DNA from: Armatimonadota bacterium
GTDB lineage: Bacteria > Armatimonadota > UBA5829 > DTLH01
Assembly: GCA_029551395.1 (NCBI GenBank)
Contig: JAKPFN010000014.1
Location: 319-64,318, forward strand
Direction: 5' to 3'
DNA: 64,000 nt
The notes under the pieces were generated by a model. The model had not been told where the DNA came from, made no database searches, and saw only the letters and a list, made by a program, of their open reading frames with translations. A program made the translations under genes and the position numbers. This document shows positions 36,192 through 46,852 of this stretch, in pieces (position 1 is the stretch's first letter; each line of letters opens with the position of its first letter).

Positions 36192-37211
36192 TTATTGTTC
36201 TATTTCAACACCCTTGCCAGTCTCAGCAGACTTGTAGAGTGCATCAAGTATCTGCATGATGTGCAGGCCATGCTCTCCCGTAGAAATGCATTCAGTCTCA
36301 CCTTTTATGCACGAAATAAAGTGCTTGATCTCCATTTCATGCCCGGAGAGGTTCGGGAACTGCGGCTGAATGTCAACGGATGTGCCGCGAACATCCTTGT
36401 AAATCCTCAGTGGATCGAACTCAGCTCCGCCTTCGGTTCCCATAAGCTGCGTATAGATTTTCTCTTTGTCAATATGAGACTCCCAGCTTGCTTCCAGCAT
36501 CACAGTCGCGCCATTTTCCAGCTTAACAAAACCTGCAGCAAGGTCTTCTACATCATAAATGCGGCCCGGTTCGTTGGCTCGCTTGGCTCTGAGCATCGAA
36601 TATGTCGATCCCATTACATAAACCGGCTTCGGATTGCCCATTAACCACAATGCAAGGTCCAGCACGTGTACACCAAGATCAATCAATGGACCTCCACCTG
36701 CAAGTTTCTTGTTGGTAAACCAGCCGCTCAGGAATTTGCAGCAAGACCTTCTGACCCATCCTGTCTTGGCATAGTAGATCTCTCCAAGATCCCCATTCTG
36801 AATGAACTCCTTCAGAAGCTGAGAATCGCCTCTGAAACGGTTGTTGAAGCCCATCATGAACAGCTTGCCGGACTTCTTTCCTGCCTCTACCATCCGAGCG
36901 CCTTCCACCGCGTTCATGGCAAGTGGTTTCTCACATAAAACGTGTTTTCCTGCTTCAAACGCTGCCACTGCTATTTCCGCGTGGGTTGAATTTGGGGTGG
37001 AAACAATGACTGCATCGATCTCATCCATTTTCATGAGATCTTTGTAATCAGTAATAACATGGGGCACGGAAAAGTCGTTGGCCAATCTATTCGCGCGTTC
37101 TTCGTTGATGTCGCATATCGCGGTTATCTCTGCATCAGATACTTTTGCCAAACCTCGTGCATGCACCGTTCCTATGCCGGCGCCAATAATCCCGACTTTG
37201 ACCTTCTTCAT
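36192..37211 (-). CDS. Gfo/Idh/MocA family oxidoreductase
   Basis: GIIGAG, GKHVLCEKPLA, GGGPLIDLGVHVLD, DVED.A. Confidence 0.92.
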   Translation of the reverse strand: MKKVKVGIIGAGIGTVHARGLAKVSDAEITAICDINEERANRLANDFSVPHVITDYKDLMKMDEIDAVIVSTPNSTHAEIAVAAFEAGKHVLCEKPLAMNAVEGARMVEAGKKSGKLFMMGFNNRFRGDSQLLKEFIQNGDLGEIYYAKTGWVRRSCCKFLSGWFTNKKLAGGGPLIDLGVHVLDLALWLMGNPKPVYVMGSTYSMLRAKRANEPGRIYDVEDLAAGFVKLENGATVMLEASWESHIDKEKIYTQLMGTEGGAEFDPLRIYKDVRGTSVDIQPQFPNLSGHEMEIKHFISCIKGETECISTGEHGLHIMQILDALYKSAETGKGVEIEQ

Positions 37212-37456
37212 TTCGACTCCTAAACCTATTGAATTGTTTTGGTAAGGAAGAATACTTCCTATCGTACCTTACGACATCCAGGTACATTCGTCCTGCTTAA
37301 GAGATAAAATTTGTAATTTATTGTTTGCTGATTACTGATCAGTGTAGAGGTTAAGACCACTTCGCAGTCAGATGTAAGAGAATACGAGGCTGCTGCTTAA
37401 CCGGGAAGTACACTTCTACTTCACCTGAAACATGATATGGCAGCAGTTAAACATCG

Positions 37457-37501
37457 AGCAATGAAGTACAGCAATGATAAGCCTTACTGCACTTCATTGC
37501 T
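37457..37501 (-). terminator. Stem-loop after apt
   Basis: AGCAATGAAGTACAG...CTGCACTTCATTGCT inverted repeat. Confidence 0.5.
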
Positions 37502-37515
37502 TATATAATCAGATA

Positions 37516-38040
37516 TTAATACGACACCAGGGTATCTGTAAAATAGCCTTTTAACCTGTCCCGGCCATTCAAGAAGGTAAGCTCTACCAGGAACACTACT
37601 CCTGCCACTTCACCGCCCAGTTCCTCAACCAATTGGACAGAAGCAGACGCTGTACCTCCGGTAGCCAGCAGGTCATCCACAATAACCACCTTCTGACCGG
37701 GTCGGATTGCGTCTTTGTGGATTTCTACAACATTGGTTCCATACTCCAGCGCGTATTCAGCCTTAATCGTCTCGGCAGGCAGTTTTCCGATTTTACGGAC
37801 TGGCACGAATCCTACACCAAGTTCAAGTGAAATCGGCGCTCCAAGGACGAATCCCCTGGACTCGATACCTACTACAACATCCGGTTTGAGAGCACGAACC
37901 TTATCAGCCATAGCACAAACTACTTCTTTGAATGCTTTGGCATCCTGCAATACCGGTGTTATATCCCGGAAGAGAATACCGTCCGTTGGGAAGTCCGGTA
38001 TATCGCGGATAAGCTCCTTAAGGGTCTGTTCCTGTATCAC
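37516..38040 (-). CDS. apt: Adenine phosphoribosyltransferase
   Basis: IRDIPDFP..GILFRDIT, ESRGF, VRK.GKLP, YALEYG, VDDLLATGGT. Confidence 0.97.
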   Translation of the reverse strand: MIQEQTLKELIRDIPDFPTDGILFRDITPVLQDAKAFKEVVCAMADKVRALKPDVVVGIESRGFVLGAPISLELGVGFVPVRKIGKLPAETIKAEYALEYGTNVVEIHKDAIRPGQKVVIVDDLLATGGTASASVQLVEELGGEVAGVVFLVELTFLNGRDRLKGYFTDTLVSY

Positions 38041-38117
38041 TTTTACCTCCGGAAATCAGTGTGTGGCGCAGTATAACGGGAAAAGGCATTATAATCCAGC
38101 TTTCGGACTTCAGTACC

Positions 38118-39158
38118 TCATCCCTCGCCTTTTAGTAACTTCAACGTCTTCTCAAACGTTGGGCGGACAACACCTTTCTCGGTTATTATAGCAGAGATGT
38201 ACTCGGCGGGCGTGACATCAAACGATGGATTCATCACCGGTACGCCTTCTGGAGCTATTCTATGCCCGTCAACGTGCGTCATCTCTTCAGACGACCGTTC
38301 TTCTATAGGAATTTCTTCACCTGAAGCAATCTGGAAGTCAACAGTAGACATCGGCGCAGCAACATAAAACGGCACGCCATGAGCCTTTGCCGCCAGCGCA
38401 ACCGAGTAAGTGCCGATCTTGTTAGCAGTATCGCCGTTAGCGGTTATTCTATCTGCTCCGACCACGCATGCATCGATCATCCCTTTTCGCATCAGCGACG
38501 CGGCCATGTTATCAGCGATGATCGTCACATCTATCCCATCCTGAGCAAGCTCCCAGGCCGTCAACTTCATCCCCTGTAGTCTGGGACGAGTCTCATCTGC
38601 AAAAACCCGAATACGTTTTCCGCTTTCGACAGCCGCCCGGATGACACCCAGCGCCGTTCCATACCCAACACAAGCAAGTCCGCCCGCATTGCAGTGAGTG
38701 AGCACCGTATCACCATCTTTTAGTAGCTCGGCGCCGTTTCTGCCAAGCCTTCGGCAGGTATCCTCATCTTCCTGTACCATCGATCTTGCCAGTTCGTTAA
38801 GCTCTTCCTTGATCTGCTCGATAGGCTTACCATCTGCCTGCCTTGCTGCTGCCAGTATCCTGTCAACACCCCAGAACAGGTTGACCGCAGTTGGCCTGGT
38901 GGCACGGATCTCTGAAGCTACCTGCTCCAGCTTGCTCATAAATTCCTGATGGTCCGCTGTTTCTATCTCCTGCGCGCCAAGTGCAACCCCGATAGCTGCC
39001 GTAACACCCAATGCAGGCGCTCCTCGGACTTTCATCGTTTTGATGGCATCGGCTACTTCGCGATAATCGAACAATTCGATTGTCACAAGCTGATGAGGCA
39101 GCCTGTTCTGGTCTATTAGGACGACTTTACCATCTAAGTAGTCTACGGTGCGTATCAT
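38118..39158 (-). CDS. mtnA: Methylthioribose-1-phosphate isomerase
   Basis: VRGAPALG, TRPTAVNL, THCNAG.LA..GYGTALG, ETRPRLQG.KLTAWEL, GADRI..NGDTANKIGTY. Confidence 0.95.
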   Translation of the reverse strand: MIRTVDYLDGKVVLIDQNRLPHQLVTIELFDYREVADAIKTMKVRGAPALGVTAAIGVALGAQEIETADHQEFMSKLEQVASEIRATRPTAVNLFWGVDRILAAARQADGKPIEQIKEELNELARSMVQEDEDTCRRLGRNGAELLKDGDTVLTHCNAGGLACVGYGTALGVIRAAVESGKRIRVFADETRPRLQGMKLTAWELAQDGIDVTIIADNMAASLMRKGMIDACVVGADRITANGDTANKIGTYSVALAAKAHGVPFYVAAPMSTVDFQIASGEEIPIEERSSEEMTHVDGHRIAPEGVPVMNPSFDVTPAEYISAIITEKGVVRPTFEKTLKLLKGEG

Positions 39159-39162
39159 TCTG

Positions 39163-39963
39163 TTACAGCCTTGCATGTTCAAGTGCAGTTGCGCACTTGC
39201 AGTCCCTGACAGGAGACATCCGCTTGATCATCTCAAGTATCACATCCCTCACGCGCTCGTTGTTTGCGTGGAAAACTTCCATAACCTCGGCTGCGCTTAC
39301 CGGCTCTACTCCTTCTTCAGCAACAAGGCCGGTGTCGTAATCGGTGACCAATGCGATGTTTACGTAGCAAAGCTCCTGTTCCAGCGCCAGTATAGCTTCT
39401 GGATACTGGGTCATACTGATTACTTCCCAGCCCATGCTTGTAAACCATCGGCTCTCAGCTTTGGTAGAAAACCTCGGCCCCTGGATAACCACATTAGTTC
39501 CCCGCTCATGCCCGGATATGCCTTGCTCTTTGATGATTGTGTTTGCCAGTTTGCGAAGTTCGGGGCAATATGGATCAGCCGAAGATATATGAACGGCTGT
39601 AGGACCATCATAAAAAGTATCCTTGCGGCCGCTGGTCCTGTCTACAAACTGGTCGCAGACAACAAAATCTCCGGGTTTTATGTGCGGTTGAAGGCTTCCT
39701 ACAGCACTTGGCCCGATAATCCGCGTCACTCCAAGCGATTTCATTGCCCAAACATTGGCCCTGTAGGGGATTGTATGCGGCGGCCACTGATGCTGCCTGC
39801 CATGACGGGGCAGAAATGCCACATTTTTACCTTCGTATGTGCCAATGGTGATGACATCACTTGGCGGCCCGTAAGGTGTGTCTACCTTGATCTCTACGGC
39901 GTTCTCAAGAAGCGAATAGAATCCTGATCCTCCAAATACTCCTATCTCTGCACTCGTGCTCAT
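39163..39963 (-). CDS. mtnP: S-methyl-5'-thioadenosine phosphorylase
   Basis: GGSGFY, TPYG.PS, FLPRHG, YRANVWA, GPRFSTKAES, MT.YPE..LA.E, VTDYD. Confidence 0.93.
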   Translation of the reverse strand: MSTSAEIGVFGGSGFYSLLENAVEIKVDTPYGPPSDVITIGTYEGKNVAFLPRHGRQHQWPPHTIPYRANVWAMKSLGVTRIIGPSAVGSLQPHIKPGDFVVCDQFVDRTSGRKDTFYDGPTAVHISSADPYCPELRKLANTIIKEQGISGHERGTNVVIQGPRFSTKAESRWFTSMGWEVISMTQYPEAILALEQELCYVNIALVTDYDTGLVAEEGVEPVSAAEVMEVFHANNERVRDVILEMIKRMSPVRDCKCATALEHARL

Positions 39964-40027
39964 TGTTTATGCATCTCCCAGGAAGGTGCAGGATACAAAA
40001 AAGCAACTGCGCCTCCCTTCCCCTTTA

Positions 40028-40750
40028 TTATTCTTTAGCGTGCTCCGATTGAAGCTGTGTTCTGCATTTTTCCAGTGCTTCCAGGGCAGCAGCCTGTTCT
40101 GCCTGCTTTTTGCTCTTTCCGGTTCCAACACCCAGCACGTCTCCGTCCAGTCTGGCCTCAACCAGGAAGGTCTTATCGTGGTCAGCGCCCTGCTCTTTTA
40201 TGACAACATAGCGCGGGGCCTTTTTGAACCTGCCTTGTGTCAACTCCTGCAGCAGTGATTTATAATCCCTTATGTGTTCCTGACGCTCGATATCTATCAG
40301 TATCGACTCCAACGCCCGAAGACAGAACTCCTTGGCATTGTCCAGACCTGAATCAAGATACACTACTGCTACGATAGCCTCGAAAGTATCAGCCAGAATC
40401 GAAAGCCGGTCTCTGCCTCCCGATGCCTCTTCTCCAGCGCTCATCAAAATCATCTTGTCAAGCCCAAGATGCTTCGACGCATCTGCAAGCACCGGTTCAC
40501 TGACCGCTACAGCTTTAGCCTTGGCAAGTTCGCCTTCCGTGCGGTCTTCATACGTCCTGTAAAGGTATTCGCAGACTACCAGACCAAGCACTGCGTCTCC
40601 AAGAAACTCAAGCCGCTCATTGCTGCGAGTACCGTTAGATTCACCTAGAAATGACCTATGGGTCAATGCCTGCTCGAGCAGGTTGAGATTACCAATATTT
40701 ATCTGCAGCTTCTTTGCCCATGCCCGAAGCCGCCTTTTATCGATTGCCAT
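40028..40750 (-). CDS. rnc: Ribonuclease III
   Basis: ALTHRS, SNERLEFLGDAVL, LADTFEA, and dsRBD DYKSLLQE..GKSKKQAEQAAA. Start placed at ATG 40750. Confidence 0.96.
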   Translation of the reverse strand: MAIDKRRLRAWAKKLQINIGNLNLLEQALTHRSFLGESNGTRSNERLEFLGDAVLGLVVCEYLYRTYEDRTEGELAKAKAVAVSEPVLADASKHLGLDKMILMSAGEEASGGRDRLSILADTFEAIVAVVYLDSGLDNAKEFCLRALESILIDIERQEHIRDYKSLLQELTQGRFKKAPRYVVIKEQGADHDKTFLVEARLDGDVLGVGTGKSKKQAEQAAALEALEKCRTQLQSEHAKE

Positions 40751-40894
40751 GAGTGAGTGGAGAAAGTCGAGTGAGTCGAGAAAGTCGAAGAGAATGCCAA
40801 TTGCTGATTGTTGATTGCCAGGTAAACCCGCAACCATCAAACGGCAATCTGCCTTCCCTCGGCCCTCTCGACTCCCCCCTCTCGCTCTGCCTCC

Positions 40895-42088
40895 TTACTT
40901 TAGTTTATTAATCGCCTCCGCCATCCGGTCGAGGCCGTTGGTAATTGCTGACATGCTTGTTGCATAAGACAAACGGATATAGTCCGGTGCGCCAAATCCG
41001 CTGCCTGGAACTACGGCAACATTCGCTTCATCTAGCAGGAATTCAGCAAACGTATCCGAACTGTCGATTGCCCTGCCACCGTAAGACATGCCGAAAAGTT
41101 TGCTCACATTAGGAAATACGTAAAAAGCTCCACCAGGCATCGCACAGGACACTCCAGGGATGCCGTTCAACCGTTCCACAATGACTTTTCGCCGATTATC
41201 GAACTCGGCTATCATCTTCAAAACATCATCCTGTGGCCCTGTCAGCGCTTCAACTCCGCCTTTTTGCGCGAAAGACACAGGATTGGATGTGCTGTGGTCC
41301 TGGATTCTAGTCATCGCTGCAGCAATCTCCGGTTCGGCTGCCGCATAGCCTAACCGCCACCCTGTCATAGAATAACTCTTGGAAAATCCGTTGATGGTGA
41401 CTGTCAGCTTCTTGATTTCCGGCCCCAGAGAAGCTATGGACACATGTTTCTGTCCATCGTAGATTATTTTCTCGTAGATTTCGTCCGAAAGAACGTAGAT
41501 TTGCTTGTTGACAGCAAGTTCTGCTATCTCCTCAAGCTGCTTTCGGCTATAGATACCGCCGGTAGGGTTGCTTGGACTGTTTAAAACAAGCAGTTTGGTC
41601 TTCGGAGTAATTGCCTCGGCAATCATATCTGCTGTTGCCACAAACCCGGTGGATTCATCTGTCTTTACAAATACAGACGACGCTCCAGCGAGCTTTGCTT
41701 GTTCAGGATAACTCACCCAGTAGGGTGATGGTATTATAACCTCGTCCCCAGGATTTACAAGCGCCAGAACAGCGTTATACAGCGAATGTTTGGCCCCGTT
41801 GGATACTACGATTTGAGATTTCTCGTATTCCAGCCCGTTATCTTGGGCAAATTTGCTGACTATAGCCTCTTTAAGAGCATCTATGCCAGAAGTAGCAGTA
41901 TATCTAGTGAAACCTGCTTCGATGGATTTTATCGCAGCTGCTTTGATGTTGGCAGGGGTATCAAAATCCGGCTCACCCGCACCAAACGAGATCACGTCAA
42001 TGCCTTCAGCCTTCATTTTGGCAGCCTTAGCTGTTATTGCCAGAGTTGGTGAGGGGCTTACATTCTTTGCTCGTTCTGAAATTGCCAT
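40895..42088 (-). CDS. aspC: PLP-dependent aspartate aminotransferase (class I/II)
   Basis: GAGEPDFDTP, NSPSNPTG, SDEIYE, NGFSKSYSMTGWRLGY, RLSYA. Confidence 0.9.
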   Translation of the reverse strand: MAISERAKNVSPSPTLAITAKAAKMKAEGIDVISFGAGEPDFDTPANIKAAAIKSIEAGFTRYTATSGIDALKEAIVSKFAQDNGLEYEKSQIVVSNGAKHSLYNAVLALVNPGDEVIIPSPYWVSYPEQAKLAGASSVFVKTDESTGFVATADMIAEAITPKTKLLVLNSPSNPTGGIYSRKQLEEIAELAVNKQIYVLSDEIYEKIIYDGQKHVSIASLGPEIKKLTVTINGFSKSYSMTGWRLGYAAAEPEIAAAMTRIQDHSTSNPVSFAQKGGVEALTGPQDDVLKMIAEFDNRRKVIVERLNGIPGVSCAMPGGAFYVFPNVSKLFGMSYGGRAIDSSDTFAEFLLDEANVAVVPGSGFGAPDYIRLSYATSMSAITNGLDRMAEAINKLK

Positions 42089-42161
42089 ACTACTCTCCAG
42101 TGGAAAGGTGAAGCTCTACATAAAAAGTGTCAGGCCGACAGGCCATACGCCCTTTACTAAA

Positions 42162-42188
42162 GTGCGGAGCCGCATTGCAACTCCGCAC
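42162..42188 (-). terminator. Stem-loop after fabF
   Basis: GTGCGGAG...CTCCGCAC followed by TTT on the minus strand. Confidence 0.5.
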
Positions 42189-42202
42189 CACACAATTCTT
42201 TA

Positions 42203-43441
42203 CTACGCTTTCTTGAGCACAATCGTCGCGTTGTGGCCTCCGAAACCAAAGGAGTTGGAGATTGCTATCTCCAGGTCGGCTTTTCGGGCGACGTTAGGCA
42301 CATAATCAAGATCACAATTGGGATCAGGGAACTCATAATTGATGGTCGGTGGGATAATACCTTCCTCAAGCGCTTTCACGCAGGCGATTGCCTCTATTGC
42401 CCCAGCAGCCCCAAGCAGATGACCGGTCATAGACTTTGTGGAACTGACCGGTACCTTATAAGCATAATCACCGAAGACAGCTTTTATTGCCATTGTCTCC
42501 AGCTTATCGTTAAGCTCTGTGGATGTGCCGTGTGCGTTGATATAGCTGACATCTTCAGGTTTGATGCCTGCGCTGTCCAATGCGGCCTTTATACATCTGG
42601 CTGCGCCGTTTCCTGTTGGGTCCGGGGCAGTCATATGATAAGCATCACCGCTCATTCCATAACCAATGATCTCCGCATGTATCTTCGCGCCGCGAGCTTT
42701 TGCGTGCTCCATTTCCTCAAGAACCAGTATGCCTGCGCCTTCGCCTATTACAAATCCGTCTCTTTGCTCATCAAACGGCCGACTGGCTTTTTCAGGTTCA
42801 TCGTTGCGTGTAGAAAACGCTTGGGCATTACAGAAACCTGCGCAGGAAAGCGGACAAATCGCCGCCTCTGCACCACCAGCAATCATAGCATCGGCATCAC
42901 CACGAACAATTACCTCGTAAGCATCACCAATAGCGTTCGTTCCTGTTGTACAAGCAGTTACCACTGTTGTATTAGGCCCTTTGGCTCCAAACATTATGGA
43001 AATCTGGCCTGAACCCATATTGGCAATCAGCATCGGCACGAAGAACGGGCTAACGCGACCGGGGCCTTTTTCAAGCAGCGTCTTATGCTGTGTTTCCCAC
43101 GTATGCACACCACCAATACCGGAACCAACCAACACTCCCACTCTGGCAGCATTCTCCGGGGTTACCTGCAGACCGCTCGATTCCATCGCCATCTTGGCTG
43201 CCGCAACAGCATACTGAACGAATGGGTCCATCCTCCGGGCTTCTCTTGGATCGATATAGTTGCTGATATCGAATCCCTTCAACTCCGCGGCTATCTTCGA
43301 CGCATGATTCGATGCATCAAAACGGGTAATCAATCCAACGCCGCCCTTACCCGCTACAAGCGATGCCCAGAACTCCTCTACACTGTTTCCGACAGGCGTC
43401 AGTGCGCCCATCCCGGTTATAACAACCCTTCTTTCTAGCAT
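42203..43441 (-). CDS. fabF: 3-oxoacyl-ACP synthase II
   Basis: [44 protein letters not shown]. Confidence 0.97.
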   Translation of the reverse strand: MLERRVVITGMGALTPVGNSVEEFWASLVAGKGGVGLITRFDASNHASKIAAELKGFDISNYIDPREARRMDPFVQYAVAAAKMAMESSGLQVTPENAARVGVLVGSGIGGVHTWETQHKTLLEKGPGRVSPFFVPMLIANMGSGQISIMFGAKGPNTTVVTACTTGTNAIGDAYEVIVRGDADAMIAGGAEAAICPLSCAGFCNAQAFSTRNDEPEKASRPFDEQRDGFVIGEGAGILVLEEMEHAKARGAKIHAEIIGYGMSGDAYHMTAPDPTGNGAARCIKAALDSAGIKPEDVSYINAHGTSTELNDKLETMAIKAVFGDYAYKVPVSSTKSMTGHLLGAAGAIEAIACVKALEEGIIPPTINYEFPDPNCDLDYVPNVARKADLEIAISNSFGFGGHNATIVLKKA

Positions 43442-43550
43442 TATCACCTCAGAACTAGACTACTGATGATAAGGAACAGGCAACAGTACGATGTAGTCTC
43501 ATATTTGAACTTCCGCCTGTTACCTGTCTCTTAATTGCCGCTATCTGCTG

Positions 43551-43787
43551 TTAGCTTCCTGCTTTTTCATCGATGTAAGCAACAGCCTGCTCGACGGTCT
43601 GGATCTTCTCTGCATCCTCATCCGGTATTTCTACGTTGAACTCTTCCTCAAGTCCCATTACCAGATCCACAACGTCCAGAGAATCGGCTCCAAGATCATC
43701 TACGAATGATGCTGTCTCAGTAACCTCATCATCGCTTACTTTCAGGCGGTCTACCACAACCTTCTTCACCCGATCAAATGTTGACAA
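43551..43787 (-). CDS. acpP: Acyl carrier protein (copy 1)
   Basis: [32 protein letters not shown] start at 43787 after AGGAGGTG. Confidence 0.95.
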   Translation of the reverse strand: MSTFDRVKKVVVDRLKVSDDEVTETASFVDDLGADSLDVVDLVMGLEEEFNVEIPDEDAEKIQTVEQAVAYIDEKAGS

Positions 43788-43850
43788 TTTTGCACCTCCT
43801 TGCAAATAACTACCACTATTTTTAGTAACGGTTGCCAATCCGATTGGCTG

Positions 43851-44087
43851 CTATGCTATTCTCCGGTCGATATAAGCTACTGCCTCGCCGACCGTTCCAA
43901 TTGTCTCCGCGTCTTCGTCCGGGATTTCAACATCAAATTCTTCCTCAAGTCCCATGACGAGTTCTACTATTTCAAGAGAATCAGCTCCGAGGTCGTCCTT
44001 GAATGACGCTCCCTCTGTAACTTCGTGTTCATCTACCTTCAGCGTAGCCAACACGACATTCTTTACTCGCTCATAAGTCGTCGGCAT
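43851..44087 (-). CDS. acpP: Acyl carrier protein (copy 2)
   Basis: [39 protein letters not shown]. Confidence 0.93.
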   Translation of the reverse strand: MPTTYERVKNVVLATLKVDEHEVTEGASFKDDLGADSLEIVELVMGLEEEFDVEIPDEDAETIGTVGEAVAYIDRRIA

Positions 44088-44097
44088 ATTAGCCTCC

Positions 44098-44847
44098 TTA
44101 CATTACCATTCCGCCATCGATATTAATGACCTGGCCTGTTACGTAGCTGGATGCCTCACTGCAAAGGAACAGGATCACATCAGCCACATCATCAGGTGTG
44201 CCTTGCCTGCCAAGTGGAATCCGGCTCTCGATGCTTTCCTTAGCTTGCTCTGTCATCTCATCTGTCATAGCCGTTTGAATAAAGCCCGGAGCTACTGCGT
44301 TCACATTAACCCCTCTCGGGCCAAGTTCTCTGGCTGTTGTTTTCGTCAGAGCAATCACGCCTCCTTTGGAAGCTGAGTAGTTAGCCTGACCTACGTTGCC
44401 GATGACTCCCATCACTGATGCAACATTTACGATCCTGCCGCTTCTCTGCCGAAACATCAGTTTTGATACGGCTTTAGTACAGTTAAACGTGCCTTTCAGG
44501 TTGGTGTCAAGCACGGAATCCCACTGATCTTCAGTCATTTTAAGTATCAGACTATCTCGCGTGATGCCTGCATTGTTCACGAGTATATCGACTTTACCGA
44601 ACTTGTCAACTGCTGAGTTTACCATACGTTCTACATCTGCTGGATCAGCTACGTTTGCCTGCACCGCAAGTGCTTCTCCACCTGCGGCCTCTACTTCCTT
44701 TGCCACCGCTTCAGCAGCCTCTACAACGTAGTCGGCAATCACTATCTTTGCGCCGGATTTGGCCAGCTTCAGGGCTATTGATCTTCCGATCCCTTTCCCT
44801 TCTCTGCCTGCACCTGTTACAAGCGCTACTTTCCCATCAAGTTCCAC
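44098..44847 (-). CDS. fabG: 3-oxoacyl-ACP reductase
   Basis: [35 protein letters not shown]. Located in the fab cluster. Confidence 0.95.
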   Translation of the reverse strand: MELDGKVALVTGAGREGKGIGRSIALKLAKSGAKIVIADYVVEAAEAVAKEVEAAGGEALAVQANVADPADVERMVNSAVDKFGKVDILVNNAGITRDSLILKMTEDQWDSVLDTNLKGTFNCTKAVSKLMFRQRSGRIVNVASVMGVIGNVGQANYSASKGGVIALTKTTARELGPRGVNVNAVAPGFIQTAMTDEMTEQAKESIESRIPLGRQGTPDDVADVILFLCSEASSYVTGQVINIDGGMVM

Positions 44848-44882
44848 TACAACCTCCCTAAAAAACGCCATCAGTTGACAGC

Positions 44883-45821
44883 TTAACTCTCTTTAAGCAG
44901 TGCCTCAAGAGAGTTGGTATCGCCTACGCTTACTACGTAGACATCTTTCACAATTCTTTTAACGAGACCAGCAAGCACAGTGCCGGACCCCAGTTCAACA
45001 AAGCTTTCCACACCGTCTGCAGCCATCTTCTGCACAGATTCATCCCATCTTACACTACCTGTAATCTGGTCTGCCAGTGCTTTTCTGACATCCTCGGCTG
45101 TTCTAACATAATCCGCCGTCACATTGGCAACTACTGGAACGGATGGATCAGAAATCTGCGCCTTCTCAAGCTCGAGCCTCATCGATTCAGCAGCAGGAGC
45201 CATCAATCTTGAATGAAACGCTCCACTTACTTTAAGAGGCATCACCCGTTTTGCGCCTCGCTCTTTTGCGATTCTTCCGGCTTCTTCTACACCTTCCGGT
45301 GTTCCAGAAATCACTATCTGACCTGGTGAGTTGAAATTAGCGACATCGACTATCCCGGCTGACTGAGCCTGTTCGACTGCACTCTTTACATCTTCATCCG
45401 ATAATCCAAGCACCGCCGCCATTGTACCGGGCACAGAAGAACCGACCTCATGCATCAACTCGCCTCTTCTTCGCACAAGGCGCACTGCTTCGCTCAGATC
45501 AAGCGCTCCTGCAGCAACAAGCGCGGCATATTCGCCAACGCTGTGACCTGCTGTGACATCTGGACGGATTCCCTTGGACTCAACAACCTTTAGAGCAGCT
45601 ACGCTGACCGTAAGCAGCGCTGGTTGTGTATTGACTGTTCGAGTTAGCTCATCTTCAGGCCCTTCAAACATTAACCTGGACAGCTCGAACCCCAAAACAG
45701 CATCGGCAGTCTCAAAAACTTTTCTTGCCTCTGGGAATGACTCGTACAAGTCGCGCCCCATTCCAACACACTGCGCGCCCTGCCCTGGAAATATAAATGC
45801 AACCTTAGACGGAATTGCCAT
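44883..45821 (-). CDS. fabD: Malonyl-CoA:ACP transacylase
   Basis: FPGQGAQ, TQPAL, AGHSVGEY, VSGAFHS. Confidence 0.96.
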   Translation of the reverse strand: MAIPSKVAFIFPGQGAQCVGMGRDLYESFPEARKVFETADAVLGFELSRLMFEGPEDELTRTVNTQPALLTVSVAALKVVESKGIRPDVTAGHSVGEYAALVAAGALDLSEAVRLVRRRGELMHEVGSSVPGTMAAVLGLSDEDVKSAVEQAQSAGIVDVANFNSPGQIVISGTPEGVEEAGRIAKERGAKRVMPLKVSGAFHSRLMAPAAESMRLELEKAQISDPSVPVVANVTADYVRTAEDVRKALADQITGSVRWDESVQKMAADGVESFVELGSGTVLAGLVKRIVKDVYVVSVGDTNSLEALLKES

Positions 45822-46824
45822 TATTTGCGCTGATCCCCCACTTGACCACACTTGCAGCCCATGTCAGACCTGCTCCGAATCCTACCATTACAACTACATC
45901 ACCAGGCTTCAGCCTGCCTTCTTGCATCGCTTCGCTCATTGCAATCGGTATGGATGCAGCAGATGTGTTGCCGTACTTTTGGACATTAACAAATATCTTC
46001 TCAGGCGGCAGGTTCAATCTTCTCGCGGCTGATTCGATGATTCGGATATTTGCCTGATGCGGAATGAAAATATCAACATCTTCTGGTGTCAAACCACACT
46101 TCTCAAGCGCCTGGAGAGAAGCATCTCCCATAATCCTTACAGCAAACTTGAATACTTCTGATCCGGCCATCTTGATACAATGCTGGCGTGTTTCAATCGC
46201 TTCCACTGTGATCGGCATGCGTGACCCGCCAGCCTCGATCTTCAGCAGTTCCGCGCCTGCCCCATCAGAACCAAGCACCGTGGAAAGAATTCCGTGACTG
46301 CCGTCTGTTGGAGCCACTATAACTGCACCTGCCCCATCGCCAAAGAGTATGCATGTAGTCCTGTCAGTATAATCCGTCACCTTGCTGAGGAGATCTACCC
46401 CCACAACAAGAACTTTGTTGTAGGTTCCCGAACATACAAAAGAGTTAGCTGTGGTAAGAGCATATACAAATCCAGAACAGCCTGCAGACAAGTCAAACGC
46501 TGCCGCTTTTTTCGCCCCAATCTTCTCCTGGACAATCGATGCTGTTGCAGGAAAAGGCATATCTCCACTTATCGTTGCGCAGATGATCAAATCCAGTTCT
46601 TCTGCCGATATTCCAGCGTTGTTAAGTGCTTGCTCTGCTGCTCTTGCGGCCAGTTGTGAAGCGCACTCTCCGTCAACCGCTACTCTTCTTTCTTTTATGC
46701 CGGTCCGGGTGACAATCCATTCGTCACTCGTATCGACTATCGACTCAAAATACTCGTTATTGAGTACCTTCTCAGGTAATGCTGAGCCTATTCCGACGAT
46801 ACCAGCCCTTCTTACGCTATTCAT
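45805..46824 (-). CDS. fabH: 3-oxoacyl-ACP synthase III
   Basis: DTSDEWI..RTGI.ERR, AGCSGF, FGDGAGA, PHQANIRI, YGNTSAAS. Confidence 0.96.
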   Translation of the reverse strand: MNSVRRAGIVGIGSALPEKVLNNEYFESIVDTSDEWIVTRTGIKERRVAVDGECASQLAARAAEQALNNAGISAEELDLIICATISGDMPFPATASIVQEKIGAKKAAAFDLSAGCSGFVYALTTANSFVCSGTYNKVLVVGVDLLSKVTDYTDRTTCILFGDGAGAVIVAPTDGSHGILSTVLGSDGAGAELLKIEAGGSRMPITVEAIETRQHCIKMAGSEVFKFAVRIMGDASLQALEKCGLTPEDVDIFIPHQANIRIIESAARRLNLPPEKIFVNVQKYGNTSAASIPIAMSEAMQEGRLKPGDVVVMVGFGAGLTWAASVVKWGISANNGNSV

Positions 46825-46852
46825 AGAACTTACCGAATGAGTCCTTCCTGCC

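Noticed and set aside
39148..39927. Long antisense ORFs (also 42233-43012, 52996-53721, 22506-23084, 49905-50483)
   Set aside because: They are shadows of well-conserved opposite-strand genes, with no motifs or SD.
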